From the NCBI RefSeq assembly GCF_000143415.4, contig NW_003314262.1:5800304-5864303 (forward strand): 64,000 nt of DNA, in the 5' to 3' direction. Origin of the DNA: Selaginella moellendorffii. Its lineage: Eukaryota; Plantae; Lycopodiophyta. Shown piece after piece: positions 25,638 to 38,044 of the stretch. The notes under the pieces are model-generated. The model ran no database searches and was not told where the DNA came from. It saw nothing but the letters and a program-made list of their open reading frames with translations. The first letter of the stretch is position 1, and every line of letters starts with the position of its first letter. A program made the position numbers and the translations under genes.

Positions 25638-25771
25638 TGGCCTGTCCCACAATGTCCTCGGGCACCAGCGACCACAGCTACCATCGGGTTGTCCCTGTCG
25701 AGACGGAAGTAGCGTACTCCTAGTTACGTAGACAAGGATTCAATTCAATGTGCATTCTTTCCTTTCTTTCC

Positions 25772-26716
25772 TGATGTAGACTGTGAGATCAAAACATGGG
25801 AAGGCCTTTGATCAAAGTCCACAATCAAACCGCTCGCAGCCAGCTCCAAGTGTAAAGTTTGCTCAGCTTGTTCAAAGTTGAGCAACATCATGCAAATGGT
25901 AGAGACGAAAGAACTAAAAGAAGAATCTTGCATGGCCTCGCAAAGCACCAGAACTTTCTTGCTTTCATTGAATGCCGCTAGACTGCCTTCAAGCTCCATT
26001 CACAGATCTTGCATCTTGGCAAGGAACTCTTCAAAGTTCTTACCTGGATGAAACGGGTCTCACGAACGCAAGTCTCGACCATGCGGGTCTCATGAACGCA
26101 AGTCTCGACCATGCTGATCTTGGAGAGGGAAAGAACAGCATACTTGTGAAAATGAGCCCAGATCTCACAAGCTAAAGGCATCTGCAAGCTTAGAACGAAT
26201 CAATCCTTTTACTCAAGATTCCTTCAATCTCCAGCACAGCTTGTTCCCCAGGATCAAGCTATTGTCGAGCTGATGCAACAGAGGCACGAATTGCCTCTTC
26301 ATCCACGACTTCTCCTTCCACCGAAGTTGAAACTCCAAATGCAGCAGGGGCTCACCACGTATAAGCATCTGCAGTGATCATCGGTGGTGAAACGATTTCC
26401 CAAAGTTCTTCCATCTACAGCACGTGCATCATTTTCTCAGACAAGGTGTTGAACCCTCTCCTCCCATCAAAGGCAGTGACTCCCTGAAGCAAGATCAATC
26501 CAACTTTGCTGCAGCTCATGATGTGAGGCACAAAGAAAGGAGAAGAAAGAATTCAGAAACTGAGCTCCAATACCATGAAAGAAAAGCGGAGCAAGAACGT
26601 ATGGTTGTATATATATACAACTTCAATCAAATAAAAAATCACCAGAGATCTGATCACGATTCGGACTGCTTCTGATATGAATCATCTTGCTTGTCATGTT
26701 CATCATTATTCCTACA
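25772..26716 (-). mobile_element. Truncated copy (5' LTR, PBS and partial gag) of the copia element
   Basis: Reverse complement of 16049-about 17000, including the same flank and the left TSD (GGATTGTAAT|TGTAGG). Confidence 0.9.
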
Positions 26717-27210
26717 ATTACAATCCGGTTGCCATTCAGTCTTCCTCCCGGGAGAGTAATCGATCTCTCTGCAATCTGAAGCTGTCAAAACAGTGAACAT
26801 TGGACTTGCGGAGGCTTTGGACACTAGATCACCTGTTCGTGGGGAAAAAGATGATCCCGACCCGACCACACGGCCCCATCAAGCTTGCAGCTGGGAATCA
26901 AAACCATGAGCCATTGAGCCACTGCCAAGTGCCAAGGCGCTTACCTTGCGGGAGCTTCTGCTGCTGAGCTCCGCAAAACGGAGGAAAAGGGAGCGATCAA
27001 AACTGCGAGCCAGTGAACCGTAGAATGCGCTTACGTTGCCAGAGGAGCAATCGCGGAATAGTCCAGCCCATGTATCGTATATCGTATATTGGATCGGACT
27101 ATATATAACTGGGATCTTATCCCATATCCCAAAAGAACAGCCGTTGGATGAAACGGTCTAGGTGCTCTTAACAGAGGGTTTGGGGAAAGGGAATTTCTAG
27201 GTTTCCTACC

Positions 27211-28036
27211 ATGGAGCAGGGATTGTTGAGCCCAAATGGTGAGTATGCGCTTGGTGATATCTACAAGGCCTGGGATCTTAGACGCCACTGGATTATATGG
27301 CGCCAGTTCTTGATGAATCTTGTGAATCACTGCTTCACTCTATATGGATTTTATGTAGCTACCATATATTGGCCCCCTCAGTTATCTGCAGAAGTGGGAT
27401 GCCTTGCCTTCATAGTGATCACGTTCTTAACAGGTAAGCTTTTGTGTTTTTTTTCTCTTTTTATTATCTAACAAGAGGTCCCTCCCTCCAGTGCTTCTGT
27501 ATGCCGTCTTTGGTCGAAAGAAACCCGTTACATATGGTTTTCTTGTTGGAGGCATCAGTGGTATCCTTTCCACAATGAGCACAGATCCAAGGGTGGTGAT
27601 CCCACTGGGGCTAATATTTTTCTGTGGATTCTACACTCCGGCAATACACCTGGCTCCTGACGATTGGTACGACGGGGCCAGTTGGTTCGTCATGACCGTG
27701 ATTTTCTCCACAAGGTGTCTGCTTTACATCGGTTCTTGTGTTGTGGCCACGGCTGCTCCACCGCTGGGATGGAAAGCACAAGCCACTGTACTCTTGGGAT
27801 GCAGCGTTGCAATTGTCTACGCCAGTCTGCTTCGTGACTACATGTTGCAGTCTCCAAGTGAAGCTCTAGAACGCTGCCATGGTTTGGCAAGGCCGGATAC
27901 AATTGATAAGGACAAGCGGCATGCCCTGCGACAAGAGAAGGCCATTCAAGCCTTGAGGGAGTTTGCCGAGGCAACAGGGAATACCTTACCAGAAAATCTC
28001 AAGAGCCTCAAGGCACCGAATATTTGTCGCTACTGA
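27211..28036 (+). CDS. Uncharacterised multi-pass membrane protein, paralog, 2 exons (27211-27433, 27492-28036)
   Basis: In-frame GT-AG intron 27434-27491. Intact ORF highly similar to 14583-15411. Confidence 0.8.
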
Positions 28037-29178
28037 TAGACTTAAAAAGAGTGTAGAGATTCAGTTCCGAGAAAGCCTTCTTTACACGTCCTCTTCAAGT
28101 CCGAGTTTTATTTATTATTTCAGCTAGCGTGGTGGCCAATCAAAAAGCTAGATTTTAGTGTTCTCTGTATACAATCTATTTAAATCTATCGTTAGTGTTG
28201 TAGACATTCAGGTGAAAGTTTGAAACTTTTCAGAGCATTTTGGAGCTAGTCATCGTTCCTTGCAATCTGGTGTTTCTATGTCTTACATCTCACAGGGATA
28301 TAAAAGTTCATGTGGTGGCAGAGGAGCCGAGCAACCAAGTTGACTCATGACGAAACCTTAAACAAATCCTTGTCACCTACAGTCATCGTCACTCGACCTG
28401 GGACCGTATGATTCGACGATCATACAGCCAGATTGTGCTGATTCAACAGGCTCGAGGGAACACTGAAACCAAGAGCACCAGTCAATACCTTTCACAGGCG
28501 TTGGTTCCATGAGGGACGATCACGAGGGCTCAGCATGACCAAACGATCCCGTAGCCAACGATTTTGACAAGCAACTCCCACCAGCAAGAGGCTTACTAGC
28601 TCGGACTTTCCAGAGCTTTTGAGCACGAACTTTTAGTTCTTTGCGTGTCACATATCGCGAGTATTCAAGAGGATATCTGTGGCAGCAAGACTAGGCAGAG
28701 CTGCTGCAATCCTTTTTACTGATTGAAGGTCTATGTTTCTTTTTACATTTCGCTACATTCGACTTACCTCATTGTCGCAGGCTGCGGATTTTGGAGTTCG
28801 CCATATTTGCTGGGGATTGTCCCCTTTCGTAACACAGAGCTTGTCAGTTAGTGAGGATGGTTGTACAAACACTGGTGCATGGATCCGTCTTGGAGGTAAC
28901 CGCTTCTTTTCTTTGTGTTTCTTCGCATCACTGCCTATCCAGGTATTCTCTGATTTGCTCCCCTGCAAACTAGTCTGGAGCTAGTCATTTGAAATTTGGT
29001 ATTTCTATGTTCAGTTGGCAGTCGTCCCATGAACTCACTTTCTTTTCTTACATCATGTGGTAGATTTTTTTCGGTGGTACTTATTTAGCAGAGTCAAAAG
29101 GCCGATTATCTTACATAATTTGCAATCATTTATGGCTAATCAAGCTATAAAAGTAACAAATGTGATTCAACAAACGTC

Positions 29179-29690
29179 ATTGTAGTTCTGCTTTAGTTTC
29201 TTGAAGTTGAGGCTCTTCAGATTTTAAAGTATTCCCGGTTGCCTCGGCAAACTCCCTCAAAGCTTCAATAGCCTTCTCTTGTCACACCTCAAGCAGCTTG
29301 TTGGCATCCTCTCTTGTCGCCAAACCATCGCAAAAACAATCTACAAGAATTTCATATGGAGACTGCAACCAGCCCCGCATAGACAATTGCAGTGCTTGAT
29401 CCCATGCCTACAATGGCTTGTAATTTCCATCCCAACAGTGGAGTAGTGATGGCCACAACACTAGAACCAATGTAAAGCAACTACCTCATGATAGAGATCA
29501 AGATGAACTTGAGCAAACCAACCCCATCATACCAGTCGTCAGAACCTTTTATTGTAAACAATCCAGAAAATAATATTAACATTAATAGAGGCACGAGTTT
29601 CGGATTTGTGATAATTGTGGAACATATACCACTAGTGCCTCCAATAAGAGTGATAACTTTCTTTCGACCAAAGAGAAGATGGGAAACCCC
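29179..29690 (-). pseudogene. Diverged, broken copy of the membrane protein family
   Basis: HLLFGRKKVITLIGGTSGICST...SDDWYDGVG and EKAIEALREFAEATG remnants. Closest to the 11372 copy. Confidence 0.75.
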
Positions 29691-29836
29691 TAGATGTTTT
29701 GCTGACATAGTCATATGCCCAGAGACCACGAAATCCAGCCCATGTGGATATGGATACGATCGTATATCGTATATTGGATCGGACTGTATATAACTGGGCC
29801 AAAAGAACAGCCGTTGGAATTTCTAGGTTTCCTACC

Positions 29837-30660
29837 ATGGAGCAGGGATTGTTGAGCCCAAATGGTGAGTATGCGCTTGGTGATATCTACAAGGCCTGGG
29901 ATCTTAGACGCCACTGGATTATATGGCGCCAGTTCTTGATGAATCTTGTGAATCACTGCTTCACTCTATATGGATTTTATGTAGCTACCATATATTGGCC
30001 CCCTCAGTTATCTGCAGAAGTGGGATGCCTTGCCTTCATAGTGATCACGTTCTTCACAAGTAAGCTTTTGTGTTTTTTCTCTTTTTCTTATCTAACAAGA
30101 GTTCTCCCCCTCCAGTGCTTCTGTATCTCCTCTTTGGTCGAAAGAAACCCGTTACATATGGTTTTCTTGTTGGAGGCATCAGTGGTATCCTTTCCACAAT
30201 GAGCACAGATCCAAGGGTGGTGATCCCACTGGGGCTAATATTTTTCTGTGGATTCTACACTCCGGCAATGCAACTGGCTCCTGACGATTGGTACGACGGG
30301 GCCAGTTGCTTCGTCATGACCGTGATCTTCACCACAAGGTGTCTGCTGTACATCGGTCCTTGTGTTGTGGCCGCGGCTGCTCCACCGCTGGGATGGAAAG
30401 CACAAGCCACTCTACTCTTGGGGTGCAGCGCTGCAATTGTCTACGCCAGCCTGCTTCATGACTACATGCTGCAGTCTCCAAGTGAAGCTCTAGAAGGCTG
30501 CTGCGATGGTTTGGCAAGGCTGCAACCAGTGGATACAGTTGATAAGGACAAGCGGCATGCCGTGCGGCAAGAGAAGGCCATTCAAGCCTTGAGGGAGTTT
30601 GCCGAGGCAACAGGGAATACTTTACCAGAAAATCTCAAGAGCCTCAAGGCACCGGAGTGA
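29837..30660 (+). CDS. Uncharacterised multi-pass membrane protein, paralog, 255 aa, 2 exons (29837-30059, 30116-30660)
   Basis: Intron 30060-30115 (GTAAGC...CTAAC...TCCAG) joins MEQGLLSPNGEY... to LLYLLFGRKK...LKSLKAPE in frame. Confidence 0.8.
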
Positions 30661-31130
30661 ATATTAATATTTAGACTTGAAGAGTGTAGAGATTCTGTGC
30701 ATCGCTGCTTGCCTAAAACGCTCTTCAAGTCCGAGTTTTATTTATTATAACATAAATGTTTCAGCTAAATCAAAAAGCTAGATTTTAGTTTCTCCACAAT
30801 CTATTTAAGTCTATCGTTAGACATTCAGTGAAAGTTCGAAACATTTCAGAGCATTTTGGAGCTAGTCATCGTTTCCTTGCAATGTGGTGTTTCTATGTCT
30901 TACATCTCACAGGGATATAAAAGTTCATGTACAGTTGAGCTGAGGAGCCGAGCAACCAAGTTGACTCATGACGAAACCTTAAACGAATCCTTGTCACCTA
31001 CAGTCATCGTCAACTAGCTCGGAAGCTCGACTTGGGACCAAGTCCAATGTTCACTGTTTTGACAGCTTCAGATTGCAGAGAGATCGATTACTCTCCCGGG
31101 AGGAAGACTGAATGGCAACCGGATTGTAAT

Positions 31131-32046
31131 TGTAGGAATAATGATGAACATGACAAGCAAGATGATTCATATCAGAAGCAGTCCGAATCGTGATCAGATC
31201 TCTGGTGATTTTTTATTTGATTGAAGTTGTATATATATACAACCATACGTTCTTGCTCCGCTTTTCTTTCATGGTATTGGAGCTCAGTTTCTGAATTCTT
31301 TCTTCTCCTTTCTTTGTGCCTCACATCATGAGCTGCAGCAAAGTTGGATTGATCTTGCTTCAGGGAGTCACTGCCTTTGATGGGAGGAGAGGGTTCAACA
31401 CCTTGTCTGAGAAAATGATGCGCGTGCTGCAGATGGAAGAACTTTGGGAAATCGTTTCACCACCGATGATCACTGCAGATGCTTATACGTGGTGAGCCCC
31501 TGCTGCATTTGGAGTTTCAACTTCGGTGGAAGGAGAAGTCGTGGATGAAGAGGCAATTCGTGCCTCTGTTGCATCAGCTCGACAATAGCTTGATCCTGGG
31601 GAACAAGCTGTGCTGGAGATTGAAGGAATCTTGAGTAAAAGGATTGATTCTTTCTAAGCTTGCAGATGCCTTTAGCTTGTGAGATCTGGGCTCATTTTCA
31701 CAAGTATGCTGTTCTTTCCCTCTCCAAGATCAGCATGGTCGAGACTTGCGTTCGTGAGACCCGTTTTCATCCAGGTAAGAACTTTGAAGAGTTCCTTGCC
31801 AAGATGCAAGATCTGTGAATGGAGCTTGAAGGCAGTCTAGCGGCATTCAATGAAAGCAAGAAAGTTCTGGTGCTTTGCGAGGCCATGCAAGATTCTTCTT
31901 TTAGTTCTTTCGTCTCTACCATTTGCATGATGTTGCTCAACTTTGAACAAGCTGAGCAAACTTTACACTTGGAGCTGGCTGCGAGCGGTTTGATTGTGGA
32001 CTTTGATCAAAGGCCTTCCCATGTTTTGATCTCACAGTCTACATCA
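31131..32046 (+). mobile_element. Truncated copia copy (5' LTR 31131-31271, PBS, partial gag)
   Basis: Mirror of 25772-26716. Breaks at TCTACATCA into unrelated sequence. Confidence 0.9.
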
Positions 32047-32180
32047 GGAAAGAAAGGAAAGAATGCACATTGAATTGAATCCTTGTCTACGTAACTAGGA
32101 GTACGCTACTTCCGTCTCGACAGGGACAACCCGATGGTAGCTGTGGTCGCTGGTGCCCGAGGACATTGTGGGACAGGCCA

Positions 32181-33438
32181 GGCACTGATACGTTGGCGAC
32201 CTTTAAACTGCATCATCGCTTGGAGCAGCTCCCAGCCAGCTCCTCCGTCCAGAATCTCGAAGCCACGTTGAACGCCCGGATTTCGCCGAGCGTCCACCAA
32301 GTTTCTCCACGCAACTAAGTCGTGATTCATGCGCTTCATTGAACTGGATGAGAGCACTATCGCTTCTCAGTTTCGAAAACACCTGCCATTGATAGATGTA
32401 TCAGCTGGACTTACCATTTGCAAGAACATCAATCCGAGGCTGTAGCGGTCTGGCAGGTTTAGCTGTAAGGATCAAAGTTCGTGATCTGTCACAGAAAATA
32501 TTGACTGGTATAAACCTGCCATAGAACTGGAGAGAGTGCTGTTGCAGTGACAGGCGATGGAGCGGAGGGAGTCTGAGTGCTCATAACGTACAGCTCTGGT
32601 GCAGCGTACCTTGAACAAAGAAAATATGTCAGGAAACTTTCTGTACGCGAAGTTGAAAAGAAATTACAACTCAGACCTTGGATCCAGTAGGAACTCTTGC
32701 GGAATGTAGTCGATGCCAAGTAGCAAGTCCTCACCGACCGAGATCAATAATCTTGAAGGACTTCGACTCTGCAAAACATCCAACTGTTAAGAAGCAACGA
32801 CTACATATCTACAAGCTTACCGTCGGAAAGATGAATCCCAGTCTCCCTCAAACATTTTAATAGCTCCATCTGGAATTCTCGCTCGGCACCTTTGGCAAGC
32901 TGTGTAGTCTTCAAGCTCAACGCCTTCTCAACCTGTCTGTCGCGATTTGAGATTTTCTGCATGAAACCGAAAACTCACTAACATTGTAAGGCATGAAGTT
33001 TACGAGAGGCGCCACACCTTCGTAACGCCACACCAGCAAAAACTCCTCCTTCGGATTGACTCTCTAGAACCAAAGATATATGAAACGCCAGAGAGAAAGA
33101 GAGGGATCAGCAAACCATCGTAAATCCGTCATCGAGAAAAATCAAAGAACAAAACCCACGCACCTTCTTTTGAGGATTTCGCAAACGATCCTTTGTAGAC
33201 GGATGGATCCAAACGCTCCTCCTCCACTGTTCTTCTCCAGGACAAAGTCATCCTGGACGAAACGAACACCTCGCTTCAATAGAACTTCAGTAAAGAAAAA
33301 CGAAGTACCTTCGTCTAAGAAGGCCTGAGCCTGAACTGGATTTGGGCAGAGTGCTCCCGTGCAAGGCAACAACCCCGATCACAATACCGTGGAATGCATC
33401 CATCCAATCCATCCCTGCTACCGCGACTAGGGCACTAG
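32181..33438 (-). pseudogene. STN7: STN7 pseudogene copy 3 (mirror of copy 2)
   Basis: ORF translations are identical to those at 24380-25637 on the opposite strand. Confidence 0.9.
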
Positions 33439-34732
33439 ACATCGCTGTGAGATGTAAGAAAAACATAGAAATACCAGGAACGATGGCTAGCTCCAAAAAT
33501 GCTCTGAAAAGTTTCTCCATCACATCTTGCAAATAAGCAGATGTTAATGCAAACAAACGAGTGTAAGAGAAGCGGTTACCTACAAGACGGATCTCTTCCT
33601 TTTTGCTACATTGGACTTAGCTCATTGTCGCAGCTGTTTCTCCTTTCCCTTAACGTCCGTCACAGAGTCTGCTCCAAAATCTTCGAAAAGAATTGCAACA
33701 GCGTTGAAAGTCGTCTTGCTGACAGAGACGTCCTCTTGAATACTTGCGATAGGTGCCACTCAAATAACTGAAAGTTCGTCCATGTCCGTGCTGATGGAAC
33801 TAAAGCTCGAGTGCTTGTCCAAATCGGTGGCTACGGGATCCTTTTGTGTATCCTCTGCTTGAGTCGTAATGGTCAGACGTTGATAAGTGTGCCCTCGAGC
33901 TCAGCACAATGGTCGTCCAGACCCGTCGACTCCTTTAGGACAGTCTCAAGTTGCTTTCCCGGTGAGTGTAGGTGCCGAGGATTCGTTTGAAGTTAAACTG
34001 CGACGACACGATATCCAAGGCCAGGCTGGTTGTCAAGCATACTCGTTGCCATGGCCGTAGTGTCAGCTTGCTCCAATCCACTGCTAATCCAAAAACACAT
34101 CGTTGCATGCTGTGGAAAACAAGTCCGAGGGATCCCGATTCGAGTCCACTGGTAAAGAAAAGGAAAACCGTTCACAGCTATTTCATGAGGACCTATTTGT
34201 ACTTACGCAGTGAATTTGGTTCATGTGCATCAGCCTCCATCTTTATCCGAACACGAACAGAAACTCTCGTGATCTCCAGATAATCCTGGAAACAAAGAAA
34301 ACAATCGGAAGTGAATATTTTTCTCAAGAGTATTCCTTACCCGAGCCGTTATGTCTGCCTACATGGAAAAACGAATGGGCAGGCGACTACTCTACCTTCT
34401 CAGCTATGGCAAAGCCACTCGTCCACTTGACGAGCGTTCCCGATTGCTGCGACATGGACAGCAGAATGGGATAAGTAAAAACTATCCTGTAGCTTATCCA
34501 TCTCCATCCGAGCTTTGACAGTTACTTGGTTTCCTCCGATTCATTTCAACAGTTTGGCCACGTTACAGAACCGATTCATGCGAGATCTTACGTGGCAGTG
34601 TGCGTCAAGACTTCGTTCGTTTTATTCTCGCGTGAACTCTACGGGACGCGTAGAGTTCCAAAAAAACGACAAGCTCTACATTCTGTAGAGAAAAAAAGTG
34701 TGACGCAAGTGAGCTGAGAAGTAAGCATGATG

Positions 34733-35916
34733 TCAAAGCATCCTCTCTTTCACCGAGAGGATGGAGAGGGCTCCAGCTAGCAGAGCTGCTGAAATGCTAG
34801 CAGCCTACATACAAAAGCTCATAGCTTAGTTGGAGTACGAAAGAACGAATACTTACACGCATGGCTTTCTTTTTTGCCATATGGGTGTAAGCAGCCCACA
34901 GGATGTTACATGCCGTCGCCATCAGTGGAACGAGAGGAGACCCTGTGGCTTTGCTGGTAGTGCTGATCATCGTCACCTGCATCACAAAAAGAAAACTCTC
35001 AAGAAGCCACTGCAAAAGAATACACAATCTTACAGCACGAAAGCACAAGGGCACCGCTGAAGCAAGGACAGTGGTGGCGACACCAGAAAACTCCATGACT
35101 GTGAGTTCGCAGCAGCACACTTTCTCCTTTTTGAAGTTCCCGTACAACCCGTAGAGAAAAGCGTAGTAAGCCACTGCAACAAGAAGCGGCCACACGAATG
35201 AACCACCCAGCGATAGCACAGGCCACCAGGTAACATCGCCGACAGTATGCACGGTAAACATGAGCCCTGTTACAAGCCCAAAGAGGTTCACGTTTTCCAC
35301 CACCACATCTTGTTCAATTCGGCCATAGACAAACCAGCTTATGCAGTTCAAAGCTGCAAAAAAAAATTTATAAACCTTAGTGGTTGAAAGATAAAGAAAA
35401 AAAGCAATTACTCGAAGTGCCATATAAAATGGCTAGTTGAGTCCCCGGGAGTAACGCTGTTTTCGCGAGGAAAACCGGCATGACATACAGAATTACCGAT
35501 GCAAGGACAGCTGATATCTACAAAAGCAAAAACAAAAACATGAAACAAAAAAAACAAAACTTGCAAAATCACCTTGAATGCCTTTTCCATCAGCGTCTCC
35601 TGGTGGCGCTCGTCCTGGTGCTGAGCACATCAAATTCATACAAAAGAAATCAAGGTGCTTTTTACCTGGTGTCGCTCTGGCGCGTCCTGCTGGCGCTGGT
35701 GTGGTACGACGTGGTGCTGATGTGGCACAACGTGGAGCTGACGTGGCAACCACAAATGAGACAATGGGGAATAAAGAAATGCTTTACCTCGTCCTGGAGA
35801 CTCGCTGTCGCGTCCGGGAGACTGGCTATCGCGTCGGAGACTACGATCAAAGGCTCCTAAACCAGAGATTGTTAAAAGTAATGGGATGCCAGGATTCTTA
35901 CCTCGAGAGACGCCAT
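34733..35916 (-). CDS. Second copy of the divergent SWEET-like gene
   Basis: Mirror of 21902-23085 with the same splice sites. Differs at NVNFLG>NVNLFG, SGVPL>SAVPL and YVLP>YVMP. Confidence 0.7.
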
Positions 35917-37146
35917 TCCGCGCTTGCTCCCGGAAAACCCTAGGGAACAGTAAAAAGCTTCGATTATTCGGGCTCACACAATCTGTGTAGACTTGAATCT
36001 GGTAGCTGCTGGTCAGGCCAGGATGGATAGAGCTCAATGCTTCCTTAGATCATTTCCTGCTAGCTGCTGGTCAGGCCAGGATGGATAGAGGTCGATGCTT
36101 CCTTAGATCGTTTCTTACCTGAGCTATGCCAGATGCTCTGGAGCAGCTTTCCAAAAGATCTGGAAGAAAAAAGTGAACAAAAAAAAGACTTTAGAGATGA
36201 TGGAACCAAACTTACAGCCCCCAGAGGATGGTGTTGAAAACGTCCATGCGTTCCACTCCTTCAAATCTCCAGCGTGGGTTCCAGAGCTGGAATCCTCCTG
36301 AACGAATAAGTAGACAGTTTTTTTACTTGTTGGAAGCAAGAACTTTAGCTTTCAAAGTTTCCAAAAACTTTGATCACCTGCGCACCAATGTTTCCAAGGC
36401 CTTTTGGTTATTCGTCGTGAGTCCTAAGTGATAATCCACAGCAGGCGAAACACGGACGAGAATTCAACTGCAAAGCCTAGTCTCCAGATCAACCAAAGAA
36501 AGACTTTAGCCTTTTGATGTGAGGGATTGTCGCTCGGCTCTGAGAAGAACTTTTAGAGCTCGCTCAAAAGGAGAAGGAACTGATGGAGTAAAGAGAGGAA
36601 GAAGAAAGTACCTTGTAGACGCCATGGCCGAGGTCCAAACTCATCGATGAACTGGAGTGATTACAATCCGTTTGCCATTCAGTCTTCCTCCCGGGAGAGT
36701 AATCGATCTCTCTGCAATCTGAAGCTGTCAAAACAGTGAACATTAGAAAACAAGGACTTGCGGAGGCTTTGGACACTAGATCACCTGTTCGTGGGGAAAA
36801 AGATGATCCCGACCCGACCCCACGGCCCCATCAAGCTTGCAGCTGGGAATCAAAACCATGAGCCATTGAGCCACTGCCAAGTGCCAAGGCGCTTACCTTG
36901 CGGGAGCTTCTGCTGCTGAGCTCTTGAAAATGGAGGGTAAGGGAGCGATCAAAACTGTGAGCCAGTGAACCGTAGAATGCGCTTACCTTGCCAGAGGAGC
37001 AATCGCGGACAGCCCTAAGGATCATCATTTGCTGACATAGTCATATGCTCGGCAGAGAATCCAGCCCATGTGGATATGGATACGATCGTATATCGTATAT
37101 TGGATCGGACTGTATATAACTGCATATCCCAAAAGAACGGATAACT

Positions 37147-37872
37147 TGGTGATATCTATAAGGCCTGGGATCTTAGACGCCACTGGATTATACGGCGCCA
37201 GTTTTTGATGATTCTTGTGAATCACTGCTTCACTGCATATGAGCTACCATATATTGAACCCCTCAGTTATCTGCAGAAGTGAGGGATCTCACTCTTAACA
37301 AGTAAGCTTTTGTGTTTTTTTTTTGTTCTTTTTTGTCTAACAAGAGGTCTCTTCTGTACCTCCTCTTTGGTCGAAAGAAACCCGTTACATATGGTTTTCT
37401 TGTTGGAGGCATCAGTGGTATCCTTTCCACAATGAGCACAGATCCAAGGGTGGTGATCCTGCTGGGGGTGATGTTTTTCTGTGGATTCTACACTCCGGCA
37501 ATACAACTGGCTCCTGACGATTGGTACGACGCGGCCAGTTAGTTCGTCATGACCGTGATCTTCACCACAAGGTGTCTGCTTTACATCGGTTCTTGTGTTG
37601 TGGCCGCGGCTGCTCCACCGCTGTACTCTTGGGATGCAGCGCTGCAATTGTCTACGCCTGTTCTGCTTCATGACTACATGCTGCATTCTCCAAGTGAAGC
37701 TCTAGAAGGCTGCTGCGATGGTTTGGCAAGGCTGCAACAAGTGCATACAATTGATAAGGACAAGCGGCATGCCGTGCGGCAAGAGAAGGCCATTCAAGCC
37801 TTGAGGGAGTTTGCCGAGGCAACAGGGAATGCTTTACCGGAAAATCTCAAGAGCCTCAAGCCACAGGAGTGA
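37147..37872 (+). pseudogene. Pseudogenised copy of the membrane protein family
   Basis: Start lost, in-frame TAG near 37540, and deletions. The C-terminus RQEKAIQALREFAEATGN is retained. Confidence 0.85.
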
Positions 37873-37944
37873 ATATTAATATTTGTGGCTACTGTCAGAC
37901 TTAAAAGAGTGTAGAGATTCAGTTACACGTAGCCTAAGCCTTCT

Positions 37945-38044
37945 NNNNNNNNNNNNNNNNNNNNNNNNNNNNNNNNNNNNNNNNNNNNNNNNNNNNNNNN
38001 NNNNNNNNNNNNNNNNNNNNNNNNNNNNNNNNNNNNNNNNNNNN
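37945..38044. other. Assembly gap (100 N)
   Basis: Run of 100 n characters. Confidence 1.

Larger units (their letters stand above)
21680..26805 (+). repeat. Left arm of a near-identical ~5.1 kb inverted duplication
   Basis: ORF pairs mirror with a constant coordinate sum of 57818 (22395/35423, 25745/32073, 21781/36037). The arms differ by a few SNPs and a 29-bp tandem duplication. Confidence 0.95.
31040..36136 (-). repeat. Right arm of the near-identical inverted duplication
   Basis: Reverse complement of about 21680-26805. Older, looser homology continues to about 36.7 kb and beyond. Confidence 0.95.
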
